A stretch of 62,898 nucleotides of DNA, filler included, from Dicyema japonicum (GCA_011109175.1; 10 parts of 10 records of this genome joined end to end with filler, not necessarily neighbours in it), one strand, 5' to 3'. Positions 37,172 to 52,064 are shown, counted from the first letter of the whole stretch. Notes: a model not told the origin generated them from the letters alone. Program-made: numbers and translations.

Positions 37172-38895
37172 ATAACTTCTAATTGTAATTCATGTTGAAC
37201 ATTCTCAACATTACAAGAAAATGGATTTTCGAACACAATTATATTGCTTTCAATTTTGTCAAGTTCAGAAAATTTATGTAAAAAATGATGTTTTAATTCT
37301 TTGATAATTCCAATTTGGAAAGTAATGTCGATCTCATTACTGTTTTCCTCACAAAAACTTTTAAAACATGAAAAGTGTGAAAACTGACTTACTCTAAATT
37401 GTGACTCGAATAACAACAATTTTTGTCAAGATGCTTAAATAATCCGGTAGAAATCACAAATTAAGTTTTCCTTTCCTTGTAATTTCAGATTTAGCTCATT
37501 CATGTGAGTTGTAACATCAACTAAAAATGATAATTTTGATAGCCAAGCAAGATCTGATAATTAGGGATAATAGTTATTTTTACTGGTTAGAAAAATATCA
37601 ATATCACTTCAGAGTTTATAAAATCTATTTAATACATTACCACAGCTAAGCCATCTAACTGCAGTGTAATATGGTAAGTCANAGTTTTCCTTTCCTTGTA
37701 ATTTTAGATTTAGCTCATTCATGTGAGTTGTAACATCAACCAAAAATGATAATTTTGATAGCCAAGCAAGATCTGATAATTCGGGATAATGGTTATTTTT
37801 ACTGGTTAGAAAATTATCAATATCACTTCGGAGTTTATAAAATCTATTTAATACATTACCACAGCTAAGCCATCTAACTGCAGTGTAATATGGTAAGTCA
37901 AAATATTCAGATCCAAAATCGTCAAGTAAAACTTTAAACTGACGGTGATTAAGTGAGCTCCCTCGAACAAAGTTTATAATGCGAATAACTGGATTCAACA
38001 CACATGAAATATTAAGAGCCTTCGCACATAGTGCGTGCTGATGAAGGATGCAATGAATGAAAACAGTGTTTGAAATATGTAATTCCTCCAATTTATTAGT
38101 TATTTGCCCAACTAGACCCTTTTTAGAACCAGCTATATTCTTTGCCCTGTCAATCGTAACACAACTCAGTTTCTTCCATTCAAGGTTATAGTCACTTATA
38201 GATTGTTTTAATTCATCAAAAATATCTTTTTCAGTGGTTGTTCCATGAATAGAACAAACAGATGCCAGTTCTTCAGTTATGGAAATACACTCATCAACTC
38301 CACAAATAAAAATAAGAAGTTGCGATCTTCCCGAAATGTCAACTGACTCATTTAATGAAAAAGAATACCACAACATATTACTTGTCTTTTCACAAATTTG
38401 TAAATATATATTTTTTCCAAGCTCTTCAGTTCTCCGTGATACAGAACTCGCCGACAAACTTATTCCATCAAATAAGGAAGAATTTTGTGGGCACAAACAA
38501 TTAACTGCTTCAATAATGCAATTTTTGATATACATCCCATCACTAAAGGGTTTCCCGTGTTGTGAAATAATTTTCGTTATCTCGTATCCAGCTCTCGTTA
38601 CATTTTCATTATTTTCAAAAAATTTTTTTATAAGGCCTTGTTGAATTTGTAAAGTGCGCTTCAGTGATTCAACTTTATCCTCACGTAGCTTTCCAGTGTA
38701 TTTGGAATATATCGGAGCATGATTCGTTTCATAGTGACGTCGAATGTTATACTCCTTCATAACAGAGAGATGTTCGTGGCATATTAAACAATAAGCTTTC
38801 TGCTTTAATTCATCTTTTGCAAAAAAATATTTCATTTCCCATAATTTATTGAATACATGACATTCGCGGTCAACCTTTCTTTTAATATTAGGCAT
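37172..38895 (-). mobile_element. SPIN/GTF2IRD2-like hAT transposase, long open N-terminal ORF
   Basis: KRKVDRECHVFNKLWEMKYFF...CLICHEHLSVMKEYNIRRHYETNH, SLNESVD, HCILHQHALCA, VRWLSCGNVL, NELNLKLQGKE. A duplication at the N at 37682 looks like an assembly artefact. Confidence 0.93.
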
Positions 38896-39622
38896 ANNNN
38901 NNNNNNNNNNNNNNNNNNNNNNNNNNNNNNNNNNNNNNNNTTAATTAATTAANNNNNNNNNNNNNNNNNNNNNNNNNNNNNNNNNNNNNNNNNNNNCGAT
39001 AAGCAAGAATGAAAATTGCAAGGGTGATAAAGGGAACCGGAATCACCTAATTAGTTCGGTTACAAGAACTGTTTGAGCGAGGCACGTCCTGCTCTCTTTC
39101 AGTAAAACATTGGATGTAGGCCTTGCTGTCGACGTTCCCTCCACATCGAAGCTGTATCACTGGCATACATTCAATCCGATGAGAACAGGTTGATAGGCAA
39201 CTCTTTTAGTCAGAGTTAAGTTGGCATCCAATTTTTATAAGTGAAGGTGAACCACATCCAAATTTATCCGAAATTTGTAAAACCGCGGTTATCTAACTAC
39301 CTATGTTTCCATGGTCGCAGAAGAAACAAGACAGGTCCCTAAAGCATACTAAAGTCTATCCACATCCAAACTGTTGAGATTCTTAGAAAATGATCCAATG
39401 GAGTATGGAGAGCAAATGATCCTTCATTCACGCTAATTGAAAGAAGGAAGAAAAAACAGAGCATAGAAAGAGAACCTTTAGGGATTTAAACTCAAGACCA
39501 TCGGTACAAGTATGAAATCCTAGCCACTTAGCTACCTGATCGATTGTATTTACTTTATTTAACAGTAGAACCAAAATAATTATCGATCCCGATTCGTTCT
39601 AATAGAAATCAATGGTATAAAC

Positions 39623-40660
39623 CAGTAATTCTCAACGAGGGGTTAATCGCCCTTTTTGGGCGATTTTTTTGTCAAGGGGGCGATGGTTCTCGAAGAGCTC
39701 ATTGTCATATGAAANTTGTATTTACTTTATTTAACAGTAGAACCAAAATAATTATCGATCCCGATTCGTTCTAATAGAAATCAGTGGTATAAACCAGTAA
39801 TTCTCAACGAGGAGTTAATCGCCCTTTTTGGGCGATTTTTTTGTCAGGGGGGCGATGGTTCTCGAAAAGCTCATTGTCATATGAAAAATTAAAGACGGAT
39901 AAATAATCGAGTCTTATATTATTTATATTATATTAAAATTATAACATTTATATTTCATTTATTATTATTATTGAATCAGAAAACCACCGTCATATCCAAA
40001 ATAAACAAATTCAGGTGATCCCGGCCTCCCTCAACGGTTTTCGCATTTTTTTATCGGTGTTCCGACTGCGTTCCTGCGCATTTCCGATATAGGTGGGGTC
40101 CGCATACTCGAGTCCTTCGCAGGGGTACTGTTCCAGTCGCCTCTATCATATTTTCAAGGTTTCTGGGCAGGATTTCCACACGGGAAGAATTCCTTAGTAG
40201 GTTTGCTGCAAGGTTAGATCCCCAGACATTACATCCGTATCCTATTGTAGATTCGATTAACTGTTTGTATATGACATCCAGTCCTGGATCAATAATATTT
40301 CATTTAAAATTATTAGCATGATTTCTAATACTTTGTGATGAGTCTTGCTTAAAAAAAGTTATAACCTATAAAGAGGAATATATTTCTTTTGGATTTATTA
40401 GAAATCCTCAGGATTTTCATAAACCGCTTTGTTTGCAATGTGGGCAGTGTTTTCCAATGAGGTAATGAAGCGCTTAATCGTACATTTAAAGCGTAAACAT
40501 CCCAACTCAATTGGAAAAAAAACAGAAATTTTTTTGAATTAAAAAAGAATTATGAAAATAAAAAAACTATAACTTCTCGTTTTAACAAAAGCATATTTCA
40601 AAAAGTTTCTGGATTATTTCATTCATACAAAGTTGCAGAGATAGTTGCAAAAACAGGTTT
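39623..40660 (+). mobile_element. Buster-like hAT 5' end (TIR and BED-finger region)
   Basis: CAGTAATTCTCAACGAGGGG...ATCGCCC after flank gtaTAaac; YKEEYISFGFI...PLCLQCGQ..SNEVMK..L..HLKRKHP. Confidence 0.75.
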
Positions 40661-42097
40661 TACAAATTGCTAGCATCTATGTTCGGTGAAGAACTAGCCA
40701 GAAACTTATGAATCCAAGACTTTGAAGCGCTTTAGTTGATTCCCCGTCAGGGATATTTTGATGCGGAATGGAGTATCCTCAATTTAGACCTATGAAGTCA
40801 TCATGTCGAATAGGACGATGGCTTCGAGGATATACTTAATTCTACAAAAACTGCTGATAAACACTGACGAAAATATAATTAAATAACATGACGCAAGTCT
40901 TGTGGAACGAGAATTGATAAAGAACAGATAATAAAAAGAAATTGCCTCTTGTGGTAATGTATATTTTTTAGTCACATTATTATTTCATTATTGATCAAAG
41001 TTTTATCAAATAAATCCTTGACTAAACAATTCATTACGTAGCTTTTAATCATGAAGAAATTATGTAAATGTCAAATTTATTATATATTTTCCAATTTTAT
41101 TTCATATTTTGGAGTTTCACTGAAAATTATTGATTTAACGAACATTAATTNNNNNNNNNNNNNNNNNNNNNNNNNNNNNNNNNNNNNNNNNNNNNNNNNN
41201 NNNNNNNNNNNNNNNNNNNNNNNNNNNNNNNNNNNNNNNNNNNNNNNNNNNNNNNNNNNNNNNNNNNNNNNNNNNNNNNNNNNNNNNNNNNNNNNNNNNN
41301 NNNNNNNNNNNNNNNNNNNNNNNNNNNNNNNNNNNNNNNNNNNNNNNNNNNNNNNNNNNNNNNNNNNNNNNNNNNNNNNNNNNNNNNNNNNNNNNNNNNN
41401 NNNNNNNNNNNNNNNATATCAACTGCTCCTATTGCCGTCAGACTGCCGAACACGGCGTTCCGACATGCAGCGAGACATACTACAACGTGGACAGGGTAGA
41501 GGAGAGACTCCTGTGGCAATCGCGTCAATATATTTAACCAAATCGACTACAAACTATGCAGGCAAAAAATCGGATCATAGCAAGGCGGATATAGAACTGT
41601 ACAGCTAATTTATGAACACAGGTTTTTTTATTTTAGTCATGCTTATACAATAGGATTTTGGTCATTCCTTATGTCATCGTCTACTTGGTCATGTATTCAG
41701 GATGGTAGTATCACATCAAGTTGGCAATATCCATGATCCTTCCATTAATTTGGTAATAACTAAGAGTCACAAATTTGGTGACACTTCAAGCGATTCGACT
41801 GACCCTGAAACCTTTAAGGCATTATAATTACTGCAGCTTCATAAATTCCTTCAGAACTGTTTATTCCGAGGGCTGTCAGAGTGAAACTTTCTCGTTTACG
41901 ATGTGGATATCATCCGTCTCTAGCTGACAGAGTAATTTGGAATCTCTTTGCTTTTTAGATACCAGAGCTCTACTTGAAAGTAATGAATCTCCAGGAGCGT
42001 CATATCTTAAGGCTTTTTGACAAGAGATTAAGTGAATAAAACAAAAAAAATAACTAGTTAGTTAGTTATTAACTCTGACTATCTTGTAAGAAACACA

Positions 42098-42600
42098 TGA
42101 TTGCAGATTTAAGATCAAGAGAACTTTTTTCTCTTGTAAGGGATGGAAATATTTGCCCGGGACGCCACAAATTTCAATGCCAATACTATGACGTCACTCA
42201 GAATTATTGCCGTCGACAATTATACATTGGAACATCTTGAATATATTGATATTAAAATTAACCATCGAACTCCTAAATACAACATAACTGCTTCTGAAGA
42301 TGATGTATTATTATCATGGAAGGAGGAATCCAACGTTTTTGTTGTTAATAAAACCACTTCATTGCTGGGGACTTTAATTGCTACGGCCAATGATACAATT
42401 TCATGTATTGCAAACTCACGTGCAATTAGTTTGAGTTTATCAGTAAAGAATGAATACAATGTGTATGTGAATGACTATAATAGTGTGATTCCTGTCACAA
42501 CTATTAATATTACATGTATTAAATTAACTGATGATGGCTGTCTTTATTCATGGGATAGAGGACAAGATGTTTACACAACACACTTGACAGTATTCTATNA
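42098..42600 (+). pseudogene. Cadherin-like extracellular fragment
   Basis: LFSLVRDG/EIFARDATNFNANTMTSLRIIAVDN...IDIKINHRTPKY...VYVNDYN loosely follows cadherin repeat spacing; it needs a frameshift near 42143. Confidence 0.35.
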
Positions 42601-45600
42601 TTTATAGGTGCAGGTATAATCTAATTTACTCACTAAAGCCGATAGGTAAATTTTAAAGAATTTCTAATCATTATTATAAATTACATTTTGGTGGTACCGT
42701 TACTGATATGGACATCATGCCCTTTCTTGTCGAAAAAATGCAGGACAATTTCCACACATGAGGCGATCAACGGAATTGTTAAACGTGCACTGGAGTCTGT
42801 TGGAAATCCTCGATACTTGAACCGGTTGGCTTGGACAGAGGAGATGTATCAACGAGGGGCGATTAATCCCTCTGAAGCGATTTTGGAAATATAGGTTATG
42901 GTTCTTTTCTAGTTGATTTACTGCAGCAAAATCAACAACATATGATAATTTTTTAGTTAGAAATTAAATATTTAAATACTAATTATTTTGGCAATTACTG
43001 TGGAAGGATATTGAATTTTTTTAAAAAATTAAAGCAATTCTAAAAAGGATAAATGTAACTTCATTACCTACTGATTCTAACATAGTATTATAGTTTTTTG
43101 TATTCATATAAAGTACAAACAGTGTGACCTGTAATGTTTTTTATTTTAATTATATAGGTAATCCTAGTTCTATGCTCAGAGTATCGTAATTCCCTGTTTA
43201 GTTGTTTATAAAACATATTCTGAATTAATAGCTATTCTTCTCCCAAGTCTATAGTCAAGATTATCCATATATGAAAACCCTAAACAGAAGTAAAATTATT
43301 ATATAAAGTGACCTGTCCTGAATGCTATCCATCCTTTCCAGACACATGATATTGTTTACATGAGAACCATCTGAAGACTAATAATAAAATATTACACCAG
43401 CTCCTTTTCGTCAAAATCATCTCTTCCAAGTAAACCTGGCTCGTTTACGATATGTGTACCACAAATTTCTACCGACCTACGTAAACTGGATGCTGTAAAA
43501 GATCTCCTCTGTCCCTTTTGCGAACTGCTCCGAGTTGACAACAAATCGCAAATTTGAATGTCTTGAATTAGTACACTGTTTGTTTACAATGCCAAAAGTG
43601 ACAATCTATGAGATCACTGGCATTTGCAGCGTACTAATAGATAGCTACAGGTCTCCTACATGTTAGTGATGCCACAGTTACTTAACAAACGATCAGTTAC
43701 AGAATTTATATAAATTCGTAGTAATTAAAAAAAGTTTACGTTTATGATGAAAAATGCCACATGAACAGGAAAGTTATTGTAACTCAAGTTAATTTTAACT
43801 TAAACTCTACAGACACAATGGAAAAAAGATTTGAAAAGATGTAAGAGGATCCAAAGCACTTCCGGGATAGACTGTTATCAGAAACGATCTCCATTGTGGT
43901 CTTGAGGAAGATTCATTACTTTCTTCAAAAGTGAGATCGAAAAACAATAAGATCAACCTTCGGATTATATCCTTTATCTCCCGTTGAACATATCGGGATC
44001 TCCATTCGAACAAACATTGAAAATATTACAATTGTGAACAATTACATTACCCCTACTAACTCCTGACAAAGTTAACCTTCCTTGGGTGTGTTACATCAAC
44101 ACAAGAAATGTTGATATCTGACTACTTCAACGCAAAACACCCGACCTTGTACAAAAGGCAGACTGTGGATGCCATAGGAAATCATTAACGATAATCGGAT
44201 GAACACAAGAACACTTTATAGAGCTTATGACCACACAACCTCACCTGATCTGTCTTTTGCCATCCCTAACATTGCTTCTCCTATCAGAAAAAAACCTCGA
44301 TTTAACAAAATTAACATAAAGTTTCTCTGTTTCAATTAGTAGGATTACAAATACTGTGAGCATTCGCAAATTGGTCATTTTTGGTTCATAAGAATATTGT
44401 GTTCAATTTGAAAAATGGACCATTTGAGATCTGCTAGATGGGATAACGTTGCTGCTTTCCTATAATTCGACTATCCGTCTTCCTAGTCTCTTGTCTAATG
44501 TGAAAAGATTTGTGAAGTATATGAATTTTTAACTCCTTAATAACTTTCTAACGACTATTAACTACGAGTAGCCAAACTTAGTCACATACCAACCGCTGAT
44601 AGATATTTATTTAAGATAGTCGGAAGTTTCGTGTTTTCCCTTCAGCGGAATCCGCCTCTTGTGTGCGCGAACTATCCTTAAATAAATATTTAAATAAACA
44701 AATTTAATAATTATGTTTATTTATTTTACATTATATTTAAAATTTATAATCTTATAAATGTCTTCTACTGGCAAAATTATATACATTATGTAGTTTTGGT
44801 TTTACCGTGGTCTTGGGTTAAATAAATAAAAATAAATAAATAAAAATTATGTAGTTTACTATTCATTCCTACTTCCTTGATTTACAGATGCTCTCAGAAT
44901 TAGATTGGAGATATTTCGATTGATGCTCCGAGATAAGGGAGCTGTGTGAAAAGACGCTGGAAAGAATATTGACTGATCATAAACATGGGGGAAAGCTAGG
45001 TAGTAGGAGTTTCAGGTCTCCCATTTNNNNNNNNNNNNNNNNNNNNNNNNNNNNNNNNNNNNNNNNNNNNTTAATTAATTAANNNNNNNNNNNNNNNNNN
45101 NNNNNNNNNNNNNNNNNNNNNNNNNNGTAAAATTTATAGGTGCAGGTATACTCTAATTTACTCACTAAAGCCGATAGGTAAATTTTGAAGAATTTCTAGT
45201 CCTTATTGTAAATTACATTGTGGTGGTACCTTTCTTGTCGAAGAGGTGCAGGACGATATCCACACATGAGGCAATCAACGGAATTGTTAAACGTGCACCT
45301 AAGTCTGTTAGAAATCTTCGATACTTGAACTGGCTGGCTTGAACAGAGGAGATGTATCAACGAGGAGCTATTAATCCCTTAGAATCGATTTTTGAAATAC
45401 ATATTTTGGTTCTTTTCTAGTCGATTTCCTGAAACAAAATCAACAATATATGATAATTTTTTAGTTAGAAATTAATTATTTAAATAATAATTATTTTGGC
45501 AATTACTGCGGAAGGATATTGAATTTTTTTAAAAATTAAAGCAATTCTAAAAAGGATAAATGTAACTTCATTACCTACTGATTCTAACTTGTATTATAGT

Positions 45601-47550
45601 TTTTTGTATTCATATAAAGTACAAACAGTGTGACCTGTAATGTTTTTTATTTTAATTATATAGGTAATCCTAGTTCTATGCTCAGAGTATCGTAATTCCC
45701 TGTCTATAGTTGTTTATAAAACATATTCTGAATTAATAGCTATTCTTCTCCCAAGTCTATAGTCAAGATTATCCATATTTGAAAACCCTAAACAAAAGTA
45801 AAATTATTATAACAAGTGACCTGTCTTGAATGCTATCCATCCCTTCCAGATACATGAATTGTTTACATGAGAACCATCTGAAGACTGATAATAAAATATT
45901 ACACCAGCTCCTTTTCGTCAGAATCATCTCTTCCGAGTAAACCTGGCTCTTTTACGATATGTGTACCACAAATTTCTACCGACCTACGTAAACTGGATGC
46001 TGTAAAAGATCTCCTCTGTCCCTTTTGCAACTGCTCCGAGTTGACAACAAATCGCGAATTTGAATGTCTTGAATTAGTACACTGTTTGTTTACAATGCCA
46101 AAAGTGACAATCTATGAGATCACTGGCATTTGCTGCGTACTACAAAATAGCTACAGGTCTCCTACATGTTAGTGATGCCACAGTTACTTAACAAACGATC
46201 AGTTACAGAATTTATTTAAATTCGTAATAATTAAAAAAAGTTTACGTTTATGATGAAAAATGCCGCATGAACAGGAAAGATTATTGTAACTCAAGTTAAT
46301 TCTAACTTAAACTCTACAGACACAATGGAAAAAAGATTTGAAAAGATGTAAGAGGATCCAAAGCACTTCCGGGATAGACTGTTATCAGAAACGATCTCCA
46401 TTGTGGTCTTGAGGAAGAGTCATTACTTTCTTCAAAAGTGAGATCGAAAAAACAATAAGATCAACCTTCGGATTATATCCTTTATCTCCCGTTGAACAAA
46501 TCGGGATCTCCATTCGAACAAACATTGAAAATATTACAATTGTGAACAATTACATTACCCCTACTAACTCCTGACAAAGTTAACCTTCCTTGGGTGTGTT
46601 ACATCAACACAAGAAATGTTGATATCTGAGTACTTCAACGCAAAACACCCGACCTTGTACAAAAGGCAGACTGTGGATGCCATAGGAAATCATTAACGAT
46701 AATCGGATGAACACAAGAACACTTTATAGAGCTTATGACCACACAACCTCACTTGATCTGTCCTTTGCCATTCCTAACATTGCTTCTCCTATCAGAAAAA
46801 AACCTCAATTTAACAAAATTAACATAAAGTTTCTCTGTTTCAATTAGTAGGATTACAAATACTGTGAGCATTCGCAAATTGGTCATTTTTGGTTCATAGG
46901 AATATTGTGTTCAATTTGAAAAATGGACCTTTTGAGATCTGCTAGATGGGATAACGTTGCTGCTTTCCTATAATTCGACTATCCGTCTTCCTAGTCTCTT
47001 GTCTAATGTGAAAAGATTTGTGAAGTATATGAATTTTTAACTCCTTAATAAAATTCTAACGACTATTAACTACGAGTAGCCAAACTTAGTCACATACCAA
47101 CCGCTGATAGGTATTTATTCAAGATAGTCGGAAGTTTCGTTCTTTCCCTTCAGCGGAATCCACCTCTTGTGTGCGCGAACTATCCTTAAATAAATATTTA
47201 AATAAACAAATTTAATAATTATGTTTATTTATTTTACATTATATTTAAAATTTATAATCTTATAAATGTCTTCTACTGGCAAAATTATATACATTATGTA
47301 GTTTTTGTTTTACCGTGGTCTTGGGTGTTAAATAAATAAAAATAAATAAATAAAAATTATGTAGTTTACTATTCATTACTACTTCCTTGATTTACAGATG
47401 CTCTCAGAATTAGATTGGAGATATTTCGATTGATGCTCCGAGATAAGGGATATTCAATCTGTTGTGTGAAAAGACGCTGGAAAAAAAATTGACTGATCAT
47501 AAACATGTTGGAAAGCAAGGTAGTAAGAATTCAGGTCTCCCATTTTTGTC
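42601..47550 (+). repeat. About 2.4-kb duplicated segment (42601-45026 vs 45127-47550) containing CRE zinc knuckle and APE remnants
   Basis: The copies are collinear and highly similar with scattered SNPs and indels; they are separated by an artificial spacer. Confidence 0.9.
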
Positions 47551-48059
47551 CCATACTACGTCGAACATGTTTTCGTACAAAATTAAAAATTTCGTTTTTC
47601 CTTTAAAAATCAGGGACCGATGTCAAGGTCTCCCATTTTTGTCCCATACTTCGTCGAACATGTTTTTGGACAACATTAAAAATTTCGTTTTTACTCTCAA
47701 AAGAGTCCGGTAACCATTTGTTTTGGAATGATAAATTAGACTTATCTTAGCCCGGACGTGATACTTTACCAAGAAGTGATACGACATTTATTGTTTTGGT
47801 AACAATTCAAAAAGTTCTTTCTATGTTTACTACGTAATTTAGCCTATAAAAATTGAACAAACGTTAACTTAATTTCTTAAAGACAAGAAACCTCCAGGGT
47901 TCTATAAAATGATTTTTACACTATCTGGCCTCTTGCAATCACCCTTGTTTGACGCTATCTGGCCTCTTGCATCACAATCTTGTCAGAGGTTAAAAGGTAA
48001 GTAGAAGACTTTTCAGCTTTTATCATGTTCCGGTTTTCTGTTATCCAGGCATTAAGCCG

Positions 48060-48180
48060 TTCTAGATTAGCTTGAATTCTTTCTATGGCCTTCTGGATGT
48101 CCCGATCTCGCGAGCCATAACACTATCATCAGCATAAGAGGTTAAAAATCATTATAAGATTCATAGAGGGTTTCCTGTCA
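48060..48180 (-). mobile_element. LINE RT catalytic remnant
   Basis: SYADDSV motif near 48120-48140. Confidence 0.55.
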
Positions 48181-49854
48181 ATACAGAGCTCAGTAATAAC
48201 ACAAACAAACTAAAAATGTCCATAGAATGTCTACTTGTCTTCATGGTTTAGAAAAAAAACTCAAAGATGTTGACATCATCCGACTTATAAAATTACACAT
48301 TGGCTCTATAGCTTGTCCAACTGATATTAATGTCGAATAGAAAGATGTTGTCGGTAGAGTTGGTCTCCGACAATTACACAGCCTTGTAGCTAGCAAAATC
48401 AATGATAAACACAAACTCCAACTGGTAAACATGATTTACCCTGGTTTAAAATCACCATGGTAAATCTAATTATTACATAATAGTCTCTCTAAGCCTGCAT
48501 AAGTTCCAAGCACACAATAACTTGAGAATTATCTATTTTTACAATCCACTAAAGCGTTGGATTTGAGTACATTCTTAACAGACTGATGTAAATGAAAAAC
48601 CGCATGAGAACAGCAATTCTTTCATTTATTATAGCCTCCAGTTATATTTGGAAAACCTAGTATGGAGGACAGTTCATGGAAGGCAAATCAATTTTGCAAC
48701 ATAAAATTCTCCGTCGAATTTAATCTTTGTAGTTTTAAAGAAAATTGTAATTCCCAAAGGCTTTACTTATGTAAAGTTAAATATTTGGCAATATTCTCCA
48801 AGGTTTCTGATTTTTTTGAGAATAAACGGATTTCCTTTCCAATTGGAGCCTTTTGGAGTTGCTCAAGCCAACCAAAGACCGGACGAACCACTCACTTCTC
48901 ATGGTAGAGTGGTAAATTGATTTTGTTGCAGAGTACTTGTGTTCGTTTTTCATTTATGAATTTTCTAATAAACTTTCAAGTTCTTTTGTTTGTTTGTTTA
49001 AAACATCTTCTCTGGAACGAGTTTCCAGGAGACTGAGTTAAACGCATTTGTGATTTCCACGATTTAAGTACTGCCCTTTGATGGGGTTAAATCTTTTCAC
49101 AGTATATTGTGAGGGTTGTGAGGTGTGTTGTGGTCTAGTAGTTTGAAATATAGGCTAATAAAAGTTTCAGGAATTGATGAGACATGTACTTCAGTTCACC
49201 TGAGGGACTGTTATCTGGTCCACTGTCCTCAGAGTTGTCGGTATCCTGTATAGTAAAAGGGATCCAGTCATCAGAGTGTTTCGGTTCAATCATTTTCAGG
49301 AGTACTTGTGTTACGAAAGCTATCGTACTTTAATTCCATGTGTGAGCACACACCTTATTTTAAATGCAAAGAACATTTATGATAACCAATCGTCCAAATT
49401 GGTCAAGGAATCTACTATATAGAATTTAGAATTTAGGATTATATCCTTCCCCACAAGAATTAATGAACGACATAACGCATGCTAACAATTTAAGCTTCTA
49501 GTATTCAGAAAGCAAAAGTAGAAACAGAATAAACACATAATATTTTCAATCAAGTAGCCACAAAGCACCACACTACGGCACGTGGGATTTTTACGTTCAT
49601 TGAGAGCTAATTTCAATGTGCGAATAATCACATTAAATTTTAAATTGTTGGTTAGATTTTCAGTAAATTAAATTTTAAATTTTTTGTTGGATTTTCGAAA
49701 CATTTTGGAAATATTTATTTAACTCAAGTTACTTTATTTATATTTTGAAATATTTTATTTTTTTATTTTCGGGCATCATGGTTGAAGTGATGACGTGCTT
49801 CTGTTTTTTCTCGGAAAAATTATGTCTTTTTCATGCTTAGATTCAACTCATTGT

Positions 49855-50035
49855 TCACCATCGCCACATAGAACGTTCTAGGCCTCCCATCTCAAATCAA
49901 GAGAAAACAACTTTCTGAAAATCTGTCACGTTACAAAATTAACATCTGCTGCTTACAAGAGACAAAAAATTTCCCTTGGAGACGAAGCGATTTTTGGAAA
50001 CTACCGGATTATCTTACTCCCATCAGATAATCGTC
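49855..50035 (+). mobile_element. RTE-type APE N-terminus
   Basis: IAT*NVLGL...KRKQLSENLSRYKINICCLQETK. Confidence 0.7.
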
Positions 50036-52064
50036 ATGACCCGTAATAAGATAATTGTCGGAACAGCAGAAGGAAACACGTTCAAAACTGGGAAGATCAA
50101 ATTCGAATAAAGTGCTATAAAAACAAAGATCGACGAATAAATTTTGTTTGTGGTGATCTTCCTCGGAACAGAGTCAAATATGTCAACTGAGCTGACAATC
50201 GTCTTTTGTTTATGCAATCTGTTATGAATTCCTTTGATGTATGTAGGTGTCAAAGACAGTCGACGTTCACTCTTTGAAACTATGCGCCTGGGAGAATGGC
50301 TGGATGAGTAACCAGTTTATCTGGAATTCTTGAATTTACAATTGTGTATTTTGAAGATACTAGGGCGTTTGTCTATACACGCAACCGGAATAATATTATT
50401 TTTAGTGTTGAATGCATTACTGATATCTAGTTTGACCAGATATGTCCGCAGGAATCTTCCTTTTTGTCGATCAGTTATTGTGCATGTGTTGCAGATTTAT
50501 GCCCATTAATGTTAATTACATAACATAGGCAAATGGGAAAACCTTTTTAAATTTTTTAGGAATCAATATGAGACAAGACAGAAAATAGACATCTTTGTCT
50601 ACGCAACTTTGCCACTCTTGATATCCTTGATGCTAAATTCAAAATTGGTTTTTTAATTGTAAAGTAATAAGGCACTATTTTAGTGTCTATATGCGGTTCA
50701 TTTCCTTTTCTTTAGCAAACACTGGTCCTATTGGTTTTTTAATTGTAAAGTAATAAGGCACTATTTTAGTGTCTATATGCGGTTCATTTCCTTTTTTTTA
50801 GCAAACACTGGTCCTATTACGTACTGAGATGAAGAATATCGATCTCGTAAACATGAAATGCTTTGATTTTGTCCATTATCTTCCTTTTTTTCTAGTCTAA
50901 ATGTGCTAGAAAAAAACAGTGTAATTTGGCTTATTCAATCGCTTTCCAGAACATTGGGTCTTTGACGAGGAGTATCTTTCATTGCTTGCTCATTGGATTT
51001 GACTTTTTGGCGATCTTCACTTTCGTTTTTTTATTTTTGTTTATCCATGTCATTAAAAATTCATTCTCAATTCTTTTATTATTAATAGTTCTCATAGTTT
51101 GAAACCTCCCTGGTTGGGTAGCTGTCATACCTTTATCGAGGGAAATGCTTGATTTGGGTTGAGAACTGCATCGACGCCTATTCCCAGACGAGACTTTCAG
51201 GCTCCGATTTGAAAGCTGGAATATAGTATTTAATCGTCGTTTGATTTGGGAAATTGAATCCCTTCAAAGAGTGATCCAGCGAATTAAGAGTTAAAAGGAT
51301 ACCAAATCCTTGAAAGTGAGGAACAAAGAATAATGGAATGAAAGTTATTAGATGATAGAATATCGATAATTTACCTACAAGCTTGATCATCGTATTAACT
51401 CTCAAGGAACCTCGACTCTTTTAAAGAGGGTTTTGAGTGCCAAAAAATAAACGTAGGTCGAGGGTAGGTTGATAATCTTCCCATTGATTTAATTTATGCT
51501 CAGTTTTAAAACCAAGATTAATCTCTTATAGTTATACGGCCTTGGTCGGAAAGTATAATCAAGAAATGAGGTTATTTTTAATTTATGCTCAGCTTTAAAA
51601 CCAAGATAAATCTCTTCTAGTTGTACGGCCGTGGTCGGAAAGTATCATCAAGAAATGAGGTTATTTTCCTGTGATACTTAGTGCTCTTCTGTGAGCATCG
51701 AGATCACTGATAGGAATTTAAAATATTTTTTTAAATAAATTTTAAAATAAAATAAACAAATTTACTGCAGTTTGCTGGTGGANTTTAAAGAGGGTTTTGA
51801 CTGCCAAAAAATAAACGTAGGTCGAGGGTAGGTTGATAATCTTCCCATTGATTTAATTTATGCTCAGTTTTAAAACCAAGATTAATCTCTTATAGTTGTA
51901 CGATCGTGGTAGGAAAGTATAATCAAGAAATGAGGTTGTTTTCCTGTGATACTTAGTGCTCTTCTGCGAGCATCGAGATCACTGATAGGAATTTAAAATA
52001 TTTTTTTAAATAAATTTTAAAATAAAATAAACAAATTTACTGCAGTTTGCTGGTGGATGACTAG

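Noticed and set aside
48432-48467. Hairpin as a Helitron 3' end
   Set aside because: It is not followed by CTRR and no Helitron coding sequence is nearby.
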